Source of the DNA: Azolla caroliniana
Taxonomy: Eukaryota; Plantae; Polypodiophyta
DNA length: 64,000 nucleotides
Direction of reading: 5' to 3'
Assembly (NCBI GenBank): GCA_043228905.1
Contig: JBHGNT010000007.1
Span: forward strand, 5,084,001 to 5,148,000
Shown here: in pieces, positions 9,898 through 22,999 of the stretch
How positions within the stretch are numbered: the first letter of the stretch is position 1
Layout: every line of letters begins with the position of its first letter
Notes under the pieces: model-generated
The model's input: only the letters and a program-made list of their open reading frames with translations
The model's database searches: none
Told to the model about the DNA's origin: nothing
Program-made: the position numbers and the translations under genes

Positions 9898-12800
9898 CTA
9901 TGTACAACAATAATGATAACATACACAACACTATTTGGCCTAGTTATATTTATACTCATATAACTTACGGGCTATTTACAAGTGTGTCCTGAAACAGTCA
10001 CATCGAAACATACACATAAACTAATGTCAGACCGGATACAATTGGATCCATCCGATCCGGTTTCCGGATATCTTCCGAATTCATCCGGTTCGGTCCTTTC
10101 CTTCTGCTGGTCCGATTCTCATCCGGATCCCATCTAGAGGGACCGAATTCCCAACAAACTCCCCCTTCACTCCAGCATGGGATGTTTGGTCAATCCAATT
10201 CGTTTTTGACACACGTTCAACTTCTCAGATGATAACACCTTGGTCAGCATGTCCAACCCGTTCTCCTCCGTGTGGATATTCATCAGTGAAAATTCCTTAT
10301 CTTCTACCTTCTCCCGGAGCCAGTGATATCTCCTCTGGATGTGCTTGGTCCACGAATGGTAGGTCGCGTTCTTCGCGAGGTGGATGGCACTTTGACTATC
10401 GCAATAGAGTCGGAATTCCTCCTGTCGGATCCCTAGCTCTCCTGTGAAGTCCTTCATCCATATTACCTCTTTGCTGGCTTCTACGACTGCCATGTACTCC
10501 ACTTCTGTTGTCGATAGTGCAATGGACTTCTACAACCTCGACTGCCACAATACGGCTCCCCCTACATATGTCATAACATATCCGAATGTAGACCGGCCGG
10601 TATCTGCATCAGCCGACATGTTCGAATCAGTGAAGCCTTCCAATAGGGGTTTACCGGAGCCGAATCGGAGGCACATGCACATGGTGCCTTTCAGGTACCA
10701 AAGTATCCACTTTACAGCGGCCCAGTGTTCTCTTACCGGATTGCTCATAAATCGGCTGACCACCCTGACTGCATATCTGATATCCGATCGTGTGCACACC
10801 ATAGCATACATCAAACTTCCGATGGCGGAGGCATATGGTATCTTCATCATCTCCGACTTCTCTACCTTTATCTTTGGGCTCTGCGTTCCAGACAGTTTGC
10901 AATTTGCCAGAACTGTCGACCCAACCAGCTTAGCATCCATCATGTTGAACCGTTGAAGCACCTTTGTTACGCACTTCTCCTGTGACAACCACAACTGCTT
11001 CTTCTTCCGGTCCCGGACTAGGTGCATCCCCAATTTCTGCTTCACCGAACGCATATCTTTTATTGCAAATGACTAGCTCAAGACCTTCTTCAACATCTCA
11101 ATTTTGATATGGTCCCATCCGACAATTAACATGTCGTCCACGTATAGCAGCAATATTAAGAAGTCTCCTCTGTCAAACTTTTTCACAAATACTTAGTGGT
11201 CGACGTGCGTCTTGTGGTATCCTTGGTCGGTCATGAAGGAGTCGAACTTCTGATACCATTACTGGCAAGTTTGCTTTAATCCGTATAAACTCTTCTTCAA
11301 CTGGCACACCAGGTTCTCCTTCCCTTTCTTGACAAATCCTTCCGGTCGTTGCATGTAGATCTCTTCTTCGAGGTCGCCATGTAGGAACTTCGTCTTGACG
11401 TCTGGTTACTCTACCTCGAGGTCCATGTTTGCCGCTATGCTCAACACCATCCGAATGGATGTCATCTTCACTATTGGGGCAAAGATCTCATCAAAATCCA
11501 CTCCTTTCTTATGCTAGAAGCTCTTCACCATATTGCGAGCTTTGTACCTTGGTGGATTTCCGGCGTCTCCCGGTTTCAACTTGTGCACCCACTTCTTCCG
11601 GAGCGCTCTCTTTCCCTTCGGCAGCTCTGTTAGTTCATATGTGTGGTTCTCAAGCAAGGAATCCATCTCATCCTGCATGGCACTTAACCACTCGCGGTTA
11701 TGGGTCACGTCTTTCTTTGCTTCTTCGAAGCTTTCCGACTCCCCCTCGTCGATTAGTAGTACTCGCTCTTCATCCGAAAATCTCTGGGGGGCCTTTCTCT
11801 CTCTTAGAGTATATCTCTGTCCCTGGTTTTCGACCACCGATTCCTCTATCTAGTCTTCATCCGAATCCGATTCGGTATCTTGTTCGATTCCGATGCCTGA
11901 TTCTTCTTCTTCTTCATTCGGTTTGGTTTGGTTTCTTGTCCTACTCCAGCTGGTTCTTTGAGTGTCATCCGGCTTCCGGTCGGATGAGTCCTTATATTCT
12001 TCAACCGATCTCTGTCGGTTGACCCAGAGTCCATTGTCTTCTTCTCTGACTCCCAATCGACAATGTTCTTGTCTTCCATGAAGACTATGTCTCGACTCCG
12101 GAAGACCTTGTCGACCAAGTCCCACACTCGATAGCCAAACTCATCATCACCGTATCCAAGGAATATGCATGACCGGGACTTCTTATCCAACTTTTCTCTC
12201 TTGTCCTTAGCTACATGCACGTAGGCAAGACAACCGAACACCTTCAGATGCCGGTAAGACACGTCTTTACTAGTCCATACTCTCTGCGGTGTGTTGAGGG
12301 TGATCTATTTATCACATATGTCGTCGTCATCAGTGCTTCAGCCCAAAATGTCTTGGACAACCTAGCATGTGCTAGCATACTCTAGACTCTCTCTATCACA
12401 GTCCGGTTCATCCTTTCGGCCAATCCGTTCAACACCGGTGTCTTCAGCACAGTGAATTCGAGCCGGATTCCCATCGACTGACAATACTCCTCGAACTGCC
12501 GCCTGTATTCTCCTCCGTTGTCCGCTCGAACCGCCTTCAACTTCTGACCGGTTTCTCTTTCCACTCTCACATGGAATTTCCTTGAAGACGGATAATACCT
12601 GGTCCTTCATCTTCAACGGTGACACCCACAGCTTATGGCTGTGATCGTCTATGAAAGTCATGAAGTACTGTGATCCAGCATGTGGCTTCGTGTCCACTTG
12701 GCATACATCGGTATGCACAAGTTCCAATGGTTTGTTCCGTCTCAAGAGAGGTCGGGTTCGGAAGGAGGTTCGGTTCTGCTTGCCGGCCAAGCAGTCGGTG

Positions 12801-14100
12801 CACTTCTCAAGCTGCACGTCTTTCACCTCCGGAATGAGGTTGCCCTCGACAAATCTTTGCATCCCCTTCTGGCTCATGTGTCACAACCCACCGATAGTGT
12901 CAGATACCACGTTCACTTCTTCCTGGCAAATCTGGGCATGCATCAGGTATAGAGTGTTGATCTTCTGGGCTCAGGCCACGATCAAGCTTCCTTTGCTGAA
13001 TTTCATGTCTTCGTTCTGGATGCTACCCGTGTAGCCTTCATCATCCAACTGACCTGCTGATATCAGGTTCAACCGAACCTCTAGAATGTGTCGGACATCT
13101 TTCAGCAACAATTTGCACCCGGTTGACGTCGTCAACCACACATCTCCTATGCCGACAATTCGGCATGCACCTTCATTCCCCATCCGGACACAACCATGAT
13201 CTTCGGCTCTATAAGATGAGAAGAATTTCTTGTAAGGGGTCAGATGGAACGACGCTTTGGAGTCTACCACCCATGTCATCTCGTCCTTGAAAAGGTGCAA
13301 CTCATTTTCCTCGGTGATGAGCAACAATTCTTCTTCGCTTGTCGCAATTGCCGATGTTCCTTTTCGATCCGAACCTCTTCGGTTCTTCGAGTCCGCATTG
13401 TCGGTTCCTTTCTCCTTCCAGAAGTGTCGGCAATTCTTCTGGAAGTGCCCCGACTTCCCATAGTAGAAGCACATGGGCCTCCCCCTTGATTTCGACCTCG
13501 TCCCCGATTTGTCCCAGTTCTGGGGACTCCGATTCTGGCCTCTTCCCTGATTATTGTCGTTTTCCGTGACCAAGGCCTTCGGATCAATTCCGACATCCCG
13601 ATCCTTCCGGCAAGCTTCTTCATCTAGCAAGCTTGATTTTACCCTTGCTAGAGACATTTGTTTTCCATCTGGCCCGACGTTACCCAAAGTAGCGTTCTCC
13701 CAACTATCCATGATGGAACCGAGCAACAACAACGTGAGTACCTCGTCGACTAGAGGTAGTTCCAACGAGGTTGTTTGATTTATCAGCCCCTGAAAGGCAT
13801 TCATGTACTCTACCATACTAGATCCGTCTTGGTGTCGGAGTCTCACTAACTTCCGAAATACTGAGAACTGATTCACAACATTCTTACTCTCCAACATGGT
13901 ACCTATTTTCTCCTAGAGCATGTGAGCCTTACTTTCTCGTTGAAGTTGTTGTACAAGATCATGTCAATGAAGCGTCTTATGTACGCCATTGTCTTCATAT
14001 GCATCACCTCCCAGGTCACGACATCAATCTTGTGCGGTCTTCTATCTCCAAATTGTACCGGTAACCAGAGATCTTTAACCACTAGCATGTCCCTCATCTC
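9623..14100 (-). mobile_element. 5'-truncated, frameshifted Ty1/copia element (Tnt1-like) with 3' LTR
   Basis: gag N-terminus (MRDMLVVKDLW) at ~14100; gag/PR 12971-13897 (WVVDSKASFHLT); integrase LELVHTDVC..FIDDHS and VRADNGGEY..NGLAERMNRT; RT (YVDDML at ~11130-11145); RNase H (LYCDSQSAIHLAKN..TKHIQRRYH); PPT GTGAAGGGGGAG next to an LTR ~9623-10156 (TGTT..AACA; left boundary inferred). No 5' LTR or PBS. Confidence 0.9.
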
Positions 14101-14104
14101 CTCC

Positions 14105-14605
14105 TCTACCTTCTCGTCTCTGTGCTCGATCCCTGGCTGTGACAGGAAGGTCATGTGCCACCCCAGGACCGGTGATCCGGTCTCCCCTTGCGAGTGCGGC
14201 CACACAATCTGCAGAGATTGCTACGTCAAAGCCATTGAATCAAGCGGCCAATGTGGAGGTTGTAAGCATGTATATAAAGCTGCAAATCCTGAGCACAAAG
14301 ATAAGCTTTGTTACAGATGCGATCGATCCGATGAGTATGGTTGAAATGATGTTGGCCATGGTGATGATGATGATGATGAAGAATCAGATCAGTTCCAAAT
14401 ACCGCCCATGTCGAAGGAGTAGGTGTTCAAGAGGCGGCTCTCTATGCTCAAATCGTTCAAAGCTAACAATCCACCCTTGCTGATGGGGAAGAATACCTCA
14501 GAATTTGATCACTCGCGGTGGCTATTCGAGACAAAGGGAACGTATGGCTATGGCAATGCTCTTTGGCCAAAAGATGGAGCTTATAACACCAGAGCAGGAG
14601 GAGGG
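14105..14605 (+). pseudogene. CSLD: Cellulose synthase-like D N-terminal fragment (RING-type zinc finger plus conserved block), pseudogenised
   Basis: CSIPGCDRKVM..PCECGHTICRDCYVKA..CGGCKHVYK and [34 protein letters not shown] are CSLD hallmarks. Both lie in one frame, with in-frame stops at 14342-14344 and 14420-14422. Confidence 0.88.
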
Positions 14606-15031
14606 AACAATCAAGCAAATAGCCAAAATGGGGGGGCAAATAGCGCATTCCTATATATATTATTGTTTTGGCCTTAGCAAAATTTGATGGTATTAGCAAA
14701 TTTTAAACCTTCATTTTTACATTTTTATAAAATATATGCCCGTCAAGATTGACAGTTTCATTTTCAAATTAACCTTCATATATGGTCAAAACAGTCAAAA
14801 CGGTCGTCAAAAGGCAACATTGAACACTTCTAACTAGATTATATCTAGGTAACTACTGAGTTACATGGTTAACTAAATGTCTACGCTTAGTTGAGCTTGA
14901 TATCGCAACAATACTCATATTACTTATGGGAAAATTCAATGTGAGGTAAAAACCTACAAAAAATAAAGAGAGATTCGCAATGTGTCGATGCTACACTAAA
15001 GCTCTTAGGAGCACTCAAAATCAATAGAGTA

Positions 15032-15366
15032 AATTTGAAAGGGAATTTCCTTGATTTGTAGACAATCAAATAGAGATTGTCCAAGGGATTCTTAAAGAAG
15101 CTAATTAGAGTAGGCCCTTTGCTCATGTTTCAATAAAGTTATTATTTATTGGAATGTACGTAGTCTTTTACCAAATTATCTCCCTGTTTAATATTTTTAA
15201 ATTTGAAAGGGAATGTCCCTGAGTCGTAGACAATCAAATAGAGATTGTCCAAGGGATCCTTTAAAAAAGCTAACTAGGGTAGGCCCTTTGCTCATGTTTT
15301 AGCAAAGTTACTAGTTATTGGAATGTATGTAGTTTTTTACCAAGTTATCTCCTTGTTTAATCTTTT
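15032..15366. repeat. Tandem duplication, 2 x ~167 bp
   Basis: aatttgaaagggaat...gtagacaatcaaatagagattgtccaaggga...tatctcc.tgtttaat is repeated. Confidence 0.8.
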
Positions 15367-15733
15367 TTCTATTTTAGATATTACACAATTTGATGTTTTC
15401 TCAATATGAATTTCTTTTTGAGTATACAAAATTGCTCTCTTGTGAACCAAGCCTATGTTTTGTTTTCCAATGATGCTTCAAACAACTATATTTTTTTACC
15501 ATTGTAACAGCAAACTTTATATTTTGCTTCAAGACTTGTTACATGAATGTCCTAACTCCTGATTTTAGCTTTTACCCTCAAGTTGAGGGAAACGAAGTTG
15601 AGACTTCTAATTAAGATGAATGTTACATGTTATTGGTTATGTTTCTTCCTAATATTGTTTTCGTTTCCAATGGTCATTAAAGAGACGAGTAAATTTTTTT
15701 TCCCCAAAAACCATAATGAGCTAATATTGGGAC

Positions 15734-17082
15734 CATAGATTGACATATTCGCATTCGTCGGGTTTCCCATTCGAATGCAAACGAATACGAATACGAATGT
15801 GTGGTCAAGTATTCGTTTAACTAAAACAATAAACAAAAAAACTTTGTCTTTTTTAATTTTCTAGGATAAAAAAAAAGGAACTTAGACAATAAATAGGGAT
15901 AATAAAAGAGGGACTTGGGGATTTGTCATTACTAAATTTTTATAATAAATGTATAACTTATAAATTATAAGTATTTATTTTATTTTTAATAAATAAAATA
16001 AAAGCTCATTAATTTCTCACTTTTTATTCCCTCAAAATTTATGGATATTTTTATTTTGACATTAAAAATATGTAGTACTTCAAACTAATCATATATTCAA
16101 AGTTTATACTAATCATATTTGTATAGTAAATATAAAAATATTCGTTTTTTAAAAATTGATTAATTAAAATAAGTTTCATAAACTCTCTTGACACTATAAT
16201 CTATTAATGAATAATTGTTCTTTTTTTGGTAAAATAAATTTATTTAAATAAATAAATAAATATTTTATATCTATTTTGCAAAACGAATGGTTTTTTAATA
16301 TTCTTAGGGCCATTTCATATTCTCGAATATAGAGAATATTGCGCATAGAGAATATCACGAATATCACGCATGTGTCAATCTATGGTCCCACATGCGTGAT
16401 ATTCATGATATTGTCCATGTGCAATATTCTCAATATTGGAGAATACAAAATGACCCCAAGAATATTAAAAACCCATTCGTTTTGCAAAAAATATATATAT
16501 AATATTTATTTATTTATTTAAATAAATTTATTTCACCAAAAAAAGAACAATTATTCATTAATAGATTATAGTGTCAAGAGAGTTTATGAAACTTATTTTA
16601 ATTAATCAATTTATTTATTTATTTAAAAAAAACGAATACTTATAATTTATAAGTTATACATTTATTATAAAATTTTAGTTATATTTACAAATATGATTAC
16701 TACGAACTCTAAAGATATGTTTAGTTTGAAGTACTATTTTTAATGTCAAAATCAAAATATCCATAAATTTTGAGGGAATAAAAAGTGAGAAATTAATGAG
16801 CCTTTATTTTATTTTATTTATTTATTAAAAATAAAACGAATACATACTTATAAGTTATAAGTTATACATTTATTATAAAAATTTAGTTGTGTCAAATCCC
16901 CAAGTCCCTCTTTTATTATCCCTATTTACTGTCAAGTTCCTTTTTTTTATCCTAAGAAATTGAAAAAGACAAAGTTTTTTTTCTTTTTTTTTGAGTTAAA
17001 CGAATACTTGTCCACCCATTCGTATTCGTATTCGTTTGCATTCGAATGGGAACCCCGACGAATGCGAATACGTCAATCTATG
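15734..17082. mobile_element. Non-autonomous hAT-type element forming a ~1.35 kb palindrome
   Basis: TIRs CATAGATTGAC (15734-15744) and GTCAATCTATG (17072-17082); 8-bp TSD ATTGGGAC at 15726-15733 and 17083-17090; two ~650-690 bp arms inverted about 16375-16388. Confidence 0.88.
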
Positions 17083-19151
17083 ATTGGGACTATGGTTGCC
17101 ACTTCCCAACGACAAATATCAACCTATGCCTCAACACTTAATCACTTACCTCCCTATTCCATACAAAATTGGAAGGCTCTATGTCATCTAAAGATGACCC
17201 AATCATAATACACACATAATCACAACATGAGGATACAATTATACACACCTAATCACAAAAAGTATCATAGATTACTAGATAAAAACATGGTGATCTCTAA
17301 TAGTTAGAGAATGATGACAGTAACATAGTTCCAAAGCTGGAGCTAAAAGGCTCTTGTAGTAAGTACTCTTACTGTTTTATATAATTTCAAAATCTAAATG
17401 AGACCCTTTTATGTTTAAGCCCATCCAACACTAACCATTGATGCCTAGTAAAAGGTATTTCCCATACAATGTAGAAAGAGACACTTTTCTTGTACACAAT
17501 GGGTGGTTTCCACACATAAAATGATGCTTCTTGTATACTTCCAAGATTATGTCCAATATCTTGATTGGAAATATTAAGGCTCATTGAGATACAATAAAAT
17601 ATGCTCCTACATAATATGTGCTCTAGAGTTTAGAAACTCTGAACTTGGCCTCTAATGCAATGAGTGTATTCTCCTCCTTCAATCACACAATGTGGATTAA
17701 GTTTTAACCTTTCTAAATTTGGTAGCCTATTCTTAATCACTTTTTACGTTACAACTAGTAAAGGATCATATTGAGAAATGTGATCGAAACTAGTGCTTTA
17801 CCAATGTCATATGTTTTAGGTAAGACAAATCATGCATGTTATAGGTTCTCTCTCCTAACCTTGGCATTTGGCATATTTGTAATGCCCTAAACAAAGATTT
17901 TATTTTTTCTCTTTTTTCATGTGCTTACCTCTGCCTTACCTTGAATGGTTGTTCTTTCATGAACATTCTTGGCTAATCTCCAAGTGCAAGAAATTGATTA
18001 AGTTAGGCAAACAAAAATAAGGAGGAAATGAGGGGAAAAGGATGCCAAACCACCCTTACCGAAGGTGAGAGATGAATTTGAGTCCCATGTTGACGTCCAA
18101 TACCACCAATTACAAAGATGGATCATACCTTGGGTTTGAAGGAGGAGGAACACATATCTACCTAGAACTTTGACATTGGCAATGTCTCCACATAGTAACT
18201 CATGTCCCCTTCATGAAGATAGCTAGCCTTCTTTTATGGGATCAAACCCTAGGCACTTGTCTATTGACACTTGACTACTTCATTAGAAAAAATGAAATAC
18301 TCAAAAGGTATCTTCCATCATAGGATTGAGCATAATTCAATCCTTTCCCTTCATTCCTTATGAAGGAGCCCACACCTATTAAGAGTACAATGGTTCATTA
18401 CACCATGTGGTTATGCTTGTAACACCACTTTTCTTGTGTTGAACAACCCTATGTCCCCGGTCTTTTCCTCCACCTTTGGTGTTGCTATCTTTCAAGCTCA
18501 TTATGAATATGCCTGGTACATCTTCTAAGGTAATCGTTTTGAATTCTTAAATATTTGAGTTCTAGATTGCCCTTCTTCATTATTTATTTTTGTTAACATG
18601 CTTCCTTTGCATGTTGCACTTACAAACTATTGTGCCCCAAATTTGTGCAATATTGGCATGCCAAGGTTTTTGTTGCCCACTTCCTTGAGAGGATCTCTTT
18701 TAACCTTGTTGCTTGGTTGTTCCATCTCTCCCACAACATCCTCCACGGTTTCCATTCCATGTATGCCCTTAGGCATGGGTCTCTATGGCCTCATAAGTTC
18801 TTATTTGTTAGAGTACAAGTTATGGGTTTCTTTGGTTACATAAGCATCATTTTGTGGTATGGTTATACATTGTGCATTTTTTGCATGCTAGAGGAGTTCA
18901 ACATTCTTCCTTCAACATCACGCGGATTTTATGTCATAATTGGCAAGCGATTTTTTCTTCTTGAAATTGTTGTTAAAATGCTTTGACGAGTTTGTCAAAT
19001 GTTCCAAACTTTTCCAATAGATATTGGAATTGATGATATCATTCGGCCACAATTCTTTTTATTGATTTCCCTTGAAATTGTTAATCATGAGGTACATTTG
19101 ATAACATAATAGGATTCTTAGAGATGATTGATCGTTCTTCCTTAGGTACGT

Positions 19152-20175
19152 TGTCGCGATATTCCGCAAGTACGTGTAGGATCTTAGGCGGAACCGCATG
19201 GGTTTTGGACTAGGGAGACGGATGGTGGAGCCCTTAAGCTTTGTGGGCTTCGGTCCGGAATTGGCTTCCGACTCCAACAAATGTAGGGTTTCACAAACGG
19301 TTCACCGCGACTATGGATCCAACTCAAATATGTTACAAGGAAGGTAGATATACACCAACATGAATATATATTAGAAGAGTTTTACAACAAGACGGTTACA
19401 TGCCCCGAATCCGGTGACTATTACATATCCATAGGCCAATACATCAAGATGAGAATGGGAGACCGGTGAAGGCGAGTCAAGTGGGCCACCGGGACCGCAC
19501 TGTCCATCATTGATCACGCCCCGAAGACAATGGAGAGTTCCCGTGCCACTTCGCCCTCCCTTCTCAAACCGGCCGCCATGTGAAACGCTCTCCATTGAGG
19601 AGAGCTCAATTCGAACCTCCAAGTGCCGCCACTAGAATGCCAAAGAGCCACTGTTGTAGAAACCCCAAACCAAAACACTAACTCGACCTAAAAGAAGGTA
19701 AACCCAAAACCCCAAACTTATGAAACTTAGATCACATAAAGAAACCCGAAACCCTAAATCCCGCATGATCTCTCACAAGATGAAGAACGAGACGAAGTAC
19801 TAAACCTCCACTCAAGACGAAGGAATCAAACCCCATAAGACAAAGAAGAAGAAGAAGACCCAAAATGAAACCCTAAACAAAATAGGGAGAAAGACCAAAG
19901 TAGAAACCCTAAGGGAACAAGAATAAGATGAAGAGGAAGAACACTACCAAACCCTAGACCTAAGTGGTATACCCTCTTAACTCAAAATGGGCAACCCCTT
20001 CACAAGTGACCTCCCTTCATTTTATAGCCCAAGGAGGGAGGGGCCTTACAATGTGGGATAAATTTCCCTTCTTTATTATATACACCATTTTACATTGTAA
20101 AGGTGCACATGTTGTACACCGCCGACTTGCCCATTCCATCCCAGTTTCACACCGTAGCCTGAAATCTTCACGACA
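19152..20175 (-). mobile_element. Probable solo LTR (~1 kb)
   Basis: TGTCGCGA...TCACGACA imperfect inverted ends; flanks ACGT/ATGT (one mismatch); minus CTATAAATGAAGGGAGG TATA-like motif at ~20010-20027; several aaaccctaa motifs. Confidence 0.45.
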
Positions 20176-20210
20176 ATGTTGAATATTTGGCATGGGCACA
20201 CGGCCTCCCT

Positions 20211-20900
20211 CTAAGACGTTCCCTTATTGTTTATAAATTTCTCATTTTCTTCTACATGTGTTTCTTTTTTGTACCATCTATTTGGTAATGCCATATCATT
20301 TAGAGGAGTATTAGTCACCTCCACAATTGGTGTTTTTTGGCATTCAACAACAAAATGGCCAGAATTACCACATTTGAAACAATGACAAGCGAATGATCCA
20401 CAATGCAATTGCTACCAAAAGGATCTCATCTTTGATTTGATAATACACCATGATAGTCTTTTTTTATCAATGGTCTATGGATTCTCCACATTAGCTTTCA
20501 GGGCCACTATCGATTTTCCCAGCTGCTTGATTACATGCATAACATACAACATAGCAAAAACTATCAATCCACCTTAAACCATTTTGGGTACTCTTCCTTG
20601 CCTATCTCTTACAACTTATAGCCAATGGTCTTTATATGATAGGATAAACAAAATTACTATTGAAGAAGACAAGAAGATGGGATAAAATTATATCTTGTCT
20701 TTTTGTTTGTTTTGACAATAACTTCAAAACAATCCCATAGACAACACTATTTTCGCTCACCATAGATTTGATCACTAATGAACCCAATCTATCAATGATA
20801 CTTTTCTTCTAAAAAACCAAATAATATATTTACCATAAAAATATGGAGAAGGCTTTGAGGATGCCCTTCTATGACATCTCCAACTCTCCAATATCTATAG
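20211..20900 (-). pseudogene. Degenerate retroelement ORF1/gag-like fragment with CCHC zinc knuckle
   Basis: CFKCGNSGHFVVEC knuckle in ORF 20211-20408; the upstream extent is approximate. Confidence 0.4.
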
Positions 20901-20970
20901 ACTTTGCATTTGTCATGATAACATGATTAGAAGGAGCATACTTTAATGAACAACTACAATTGAATTGTGA

Positions 20971-21510
20971 CCCAATATTTGTTAGTCATCTGATCCTAGG
21001 ATTCAAACATGGCGGCTATATATTGACCCCTAGGCCTTCATTCAATGTATATGTATTTTTTCTGGTCCTTATAGCAACCTTTATAGCCCATTGGGATGTA
21101 TGTATGTAGCTCAAACACAAACACAACTCATGAAGCTTTATAGCTTCATGAATTCTGGCCCAATATTTGTTAGTCATCTCATCCTAGGATTCAAACATGG
21201 CGGTTATATATTGACCCCTAGGCCTTCATTCAATGTATAAGTATTTTTTGTGTTCCTTGTAGTAACCTTTATAGCCCATTGGGATGTATGTATGTAGCTC
21301 AAACACAAATACAACTCATGAAGCTTTATAGCTTCATGAATTCTGGCCCAATATTTGTTGGTCATCGCATCCTAGGATTCAAACATGGCGGCTATATATT
21401 ATCCCCCAAGCCTTCATACAATGTATAGGTGGTATTTTGTGGTCCTTAAAGAAAGCTTTATAGCCCATTGGGATGTACATATGTGGCTCCAACACAAACA
21501 CAATTTAATG
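20971..21510. repeat. Tandem array of ~2.9 x 188 bp units
   Basis: Units start at 20971, 21159 and 21347 (cccaatatttgtt.gtcatc..atcctaggattcaaacatggcgg). Confidence 0.9.
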
Positions 21511-21511
21511 A

Positions 21512-21700
21512 TTGCAGGAGATATGGAGTGAAGTTGTAGCCATGCGAAAGAGCCAATACGATGCCATCACGGGCGAAACTAATGGAGCCGAAAGACAACG
21601 ATTTGCCTTCATCCAACAATGGTCATCCTCTCCCTTTCTTGAGTCAGTGGGCCTCCACATAAGATGGAACTATCGCGTCCCTACTAGGATTTGTATATAA
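21512..21700 (+). pseudogene. LINE C-terminal remnant
   Basis: ...FIQQWSSSPF..RWNYRVP resembles the LINE end at ~8130-8225 (FLLKWGGSP..KWNYQAP). Confidence 0.4.
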
Positions 21701-21724
21701 CATTCTCGGCTGTAAAATTTTATA

Positions 21725-22752
21725 GGGAAAAGTACCAGGATACCCTGGAAGTTCGTCTATTTACCAACATGCCCCTGGAAGTTCCAAATTTACCAAACTA
21801 CCCCTATGTCCAAAAAAATACACTTTATAAAATATTATACACTCAAATCTACAAGCCTTATTTACTAGAGTACCCTTTAACCTAAACTTATTTACCATAA
21901 TGCCACTATATACCTATTTTGACCAATTTTCTTTTTCAAAATACATCCTAAATCAAACTAAATTATCAAAATTATATATTATCAAAAATTTCAATTGAAA
22001 GGTCAATCCAATTCTATGAATTTACACCGAGTTATACTGGCTTAATTCGATAAAACCAAAATTTGTGATTGAAGTGACCAAAACTTAATCTTAAAACCAA
22101 AACATTTGATCGCACACCAAATTTTACCATGGGGATGCCATTTTGAAGCCAAAATCCATGAATTTGCGGCCAAAATGTTAACCAAATCTCATGAAAAACT
22201 TTGGTACCAAAATGCCATTTTAAATGAAATCTCACATAACACTTTGCTATTAAAATGCCATCTTAAACCAAATTTCATGATTTTACACTAAAATTTGTTA
22301 GCAAAATGCAATCACAACTAAATCTCATCAATTTCAAAAATACTTGCAAACCAAAATTAATTATCAAAATGTAATAATCACATGTTAATTTTGATCCGTC
22401 TACAAAAAGTGTAATTCCAAAAATATTCACAAAATCAAATATATCTATCGACTCAACAAAATATCTAATAATGCACAAGGTAACCCCATATTTTGATGAT
22501 GAAGATGATTGATCAACCCAATTAACAAGAAAGAAAAGAAAGACTACACTGTTACAAAGGACCCAAAGAATCACTTAAGTAAAGAAATTTGTGTTTGAAG
22601 GGTATTCTGGTAAATAGGGCTTGTAGATTTGAGTGTATAATTACTTTATAAAGTGTACTTTTTTAGAGATAGGGGTAGTTTGGTAAATTTGGAACTTCCA
22701 GGGGCATTCTGGTAAATAGACGAATTTCCAGGGGTATCCTGGTACTTTTCCC
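21725..22752. mobile_element. Non-autonomous Mutator-like element (MULE/MITE)
   Basis: ~155-bp TIRs (GGGAAAAGTACCAGGATACCC...GGGTATCCTGGTACTTTTCCC); perfect 9-bp TSD AATTTTATA at 21716-21724 and 22753-22761. Confidence 0.92.
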
Positions 22753-22999
22753 AATTTTATAACTAATGGAAGGGTTTTACTTTTTGGAAACAAAAAATAG
22801 TGATTGAAAAAAGTCTTCTTCTTCTTTTGTGATTCATATTATTATTTTCCTTCTTATTTTATTGTTGCTTCTTGTAGTGGTTGTACCTTAAACACTCTAA
22901 AACTTGGCAGCTCATGTTTGCGTTAAATTTGACATAAGAGAGACATAAAATATTTTTTCTTATGGTTCATAACACAAATAATATAATCAATTTGCATAT

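Noticed and set aside
13922-14344. 140-aa ORF as a novel membrane-anchored RING protein
   Set aside because: Its N-terminal half is antisense copia gag and its C-terminal half is pseudogenised CSLD; non-ATG start; an accidental chimera.
17100-19050. Possible decayed gypsy gag/protease region
   Set aside because: No motif could be read with enough confidence to call it.
20971-21510. CRISPR-like array
   Set aside because: Whole 188-bp units repeat with no unique spacers, no cas genes are present, and the context is eukaryotic.
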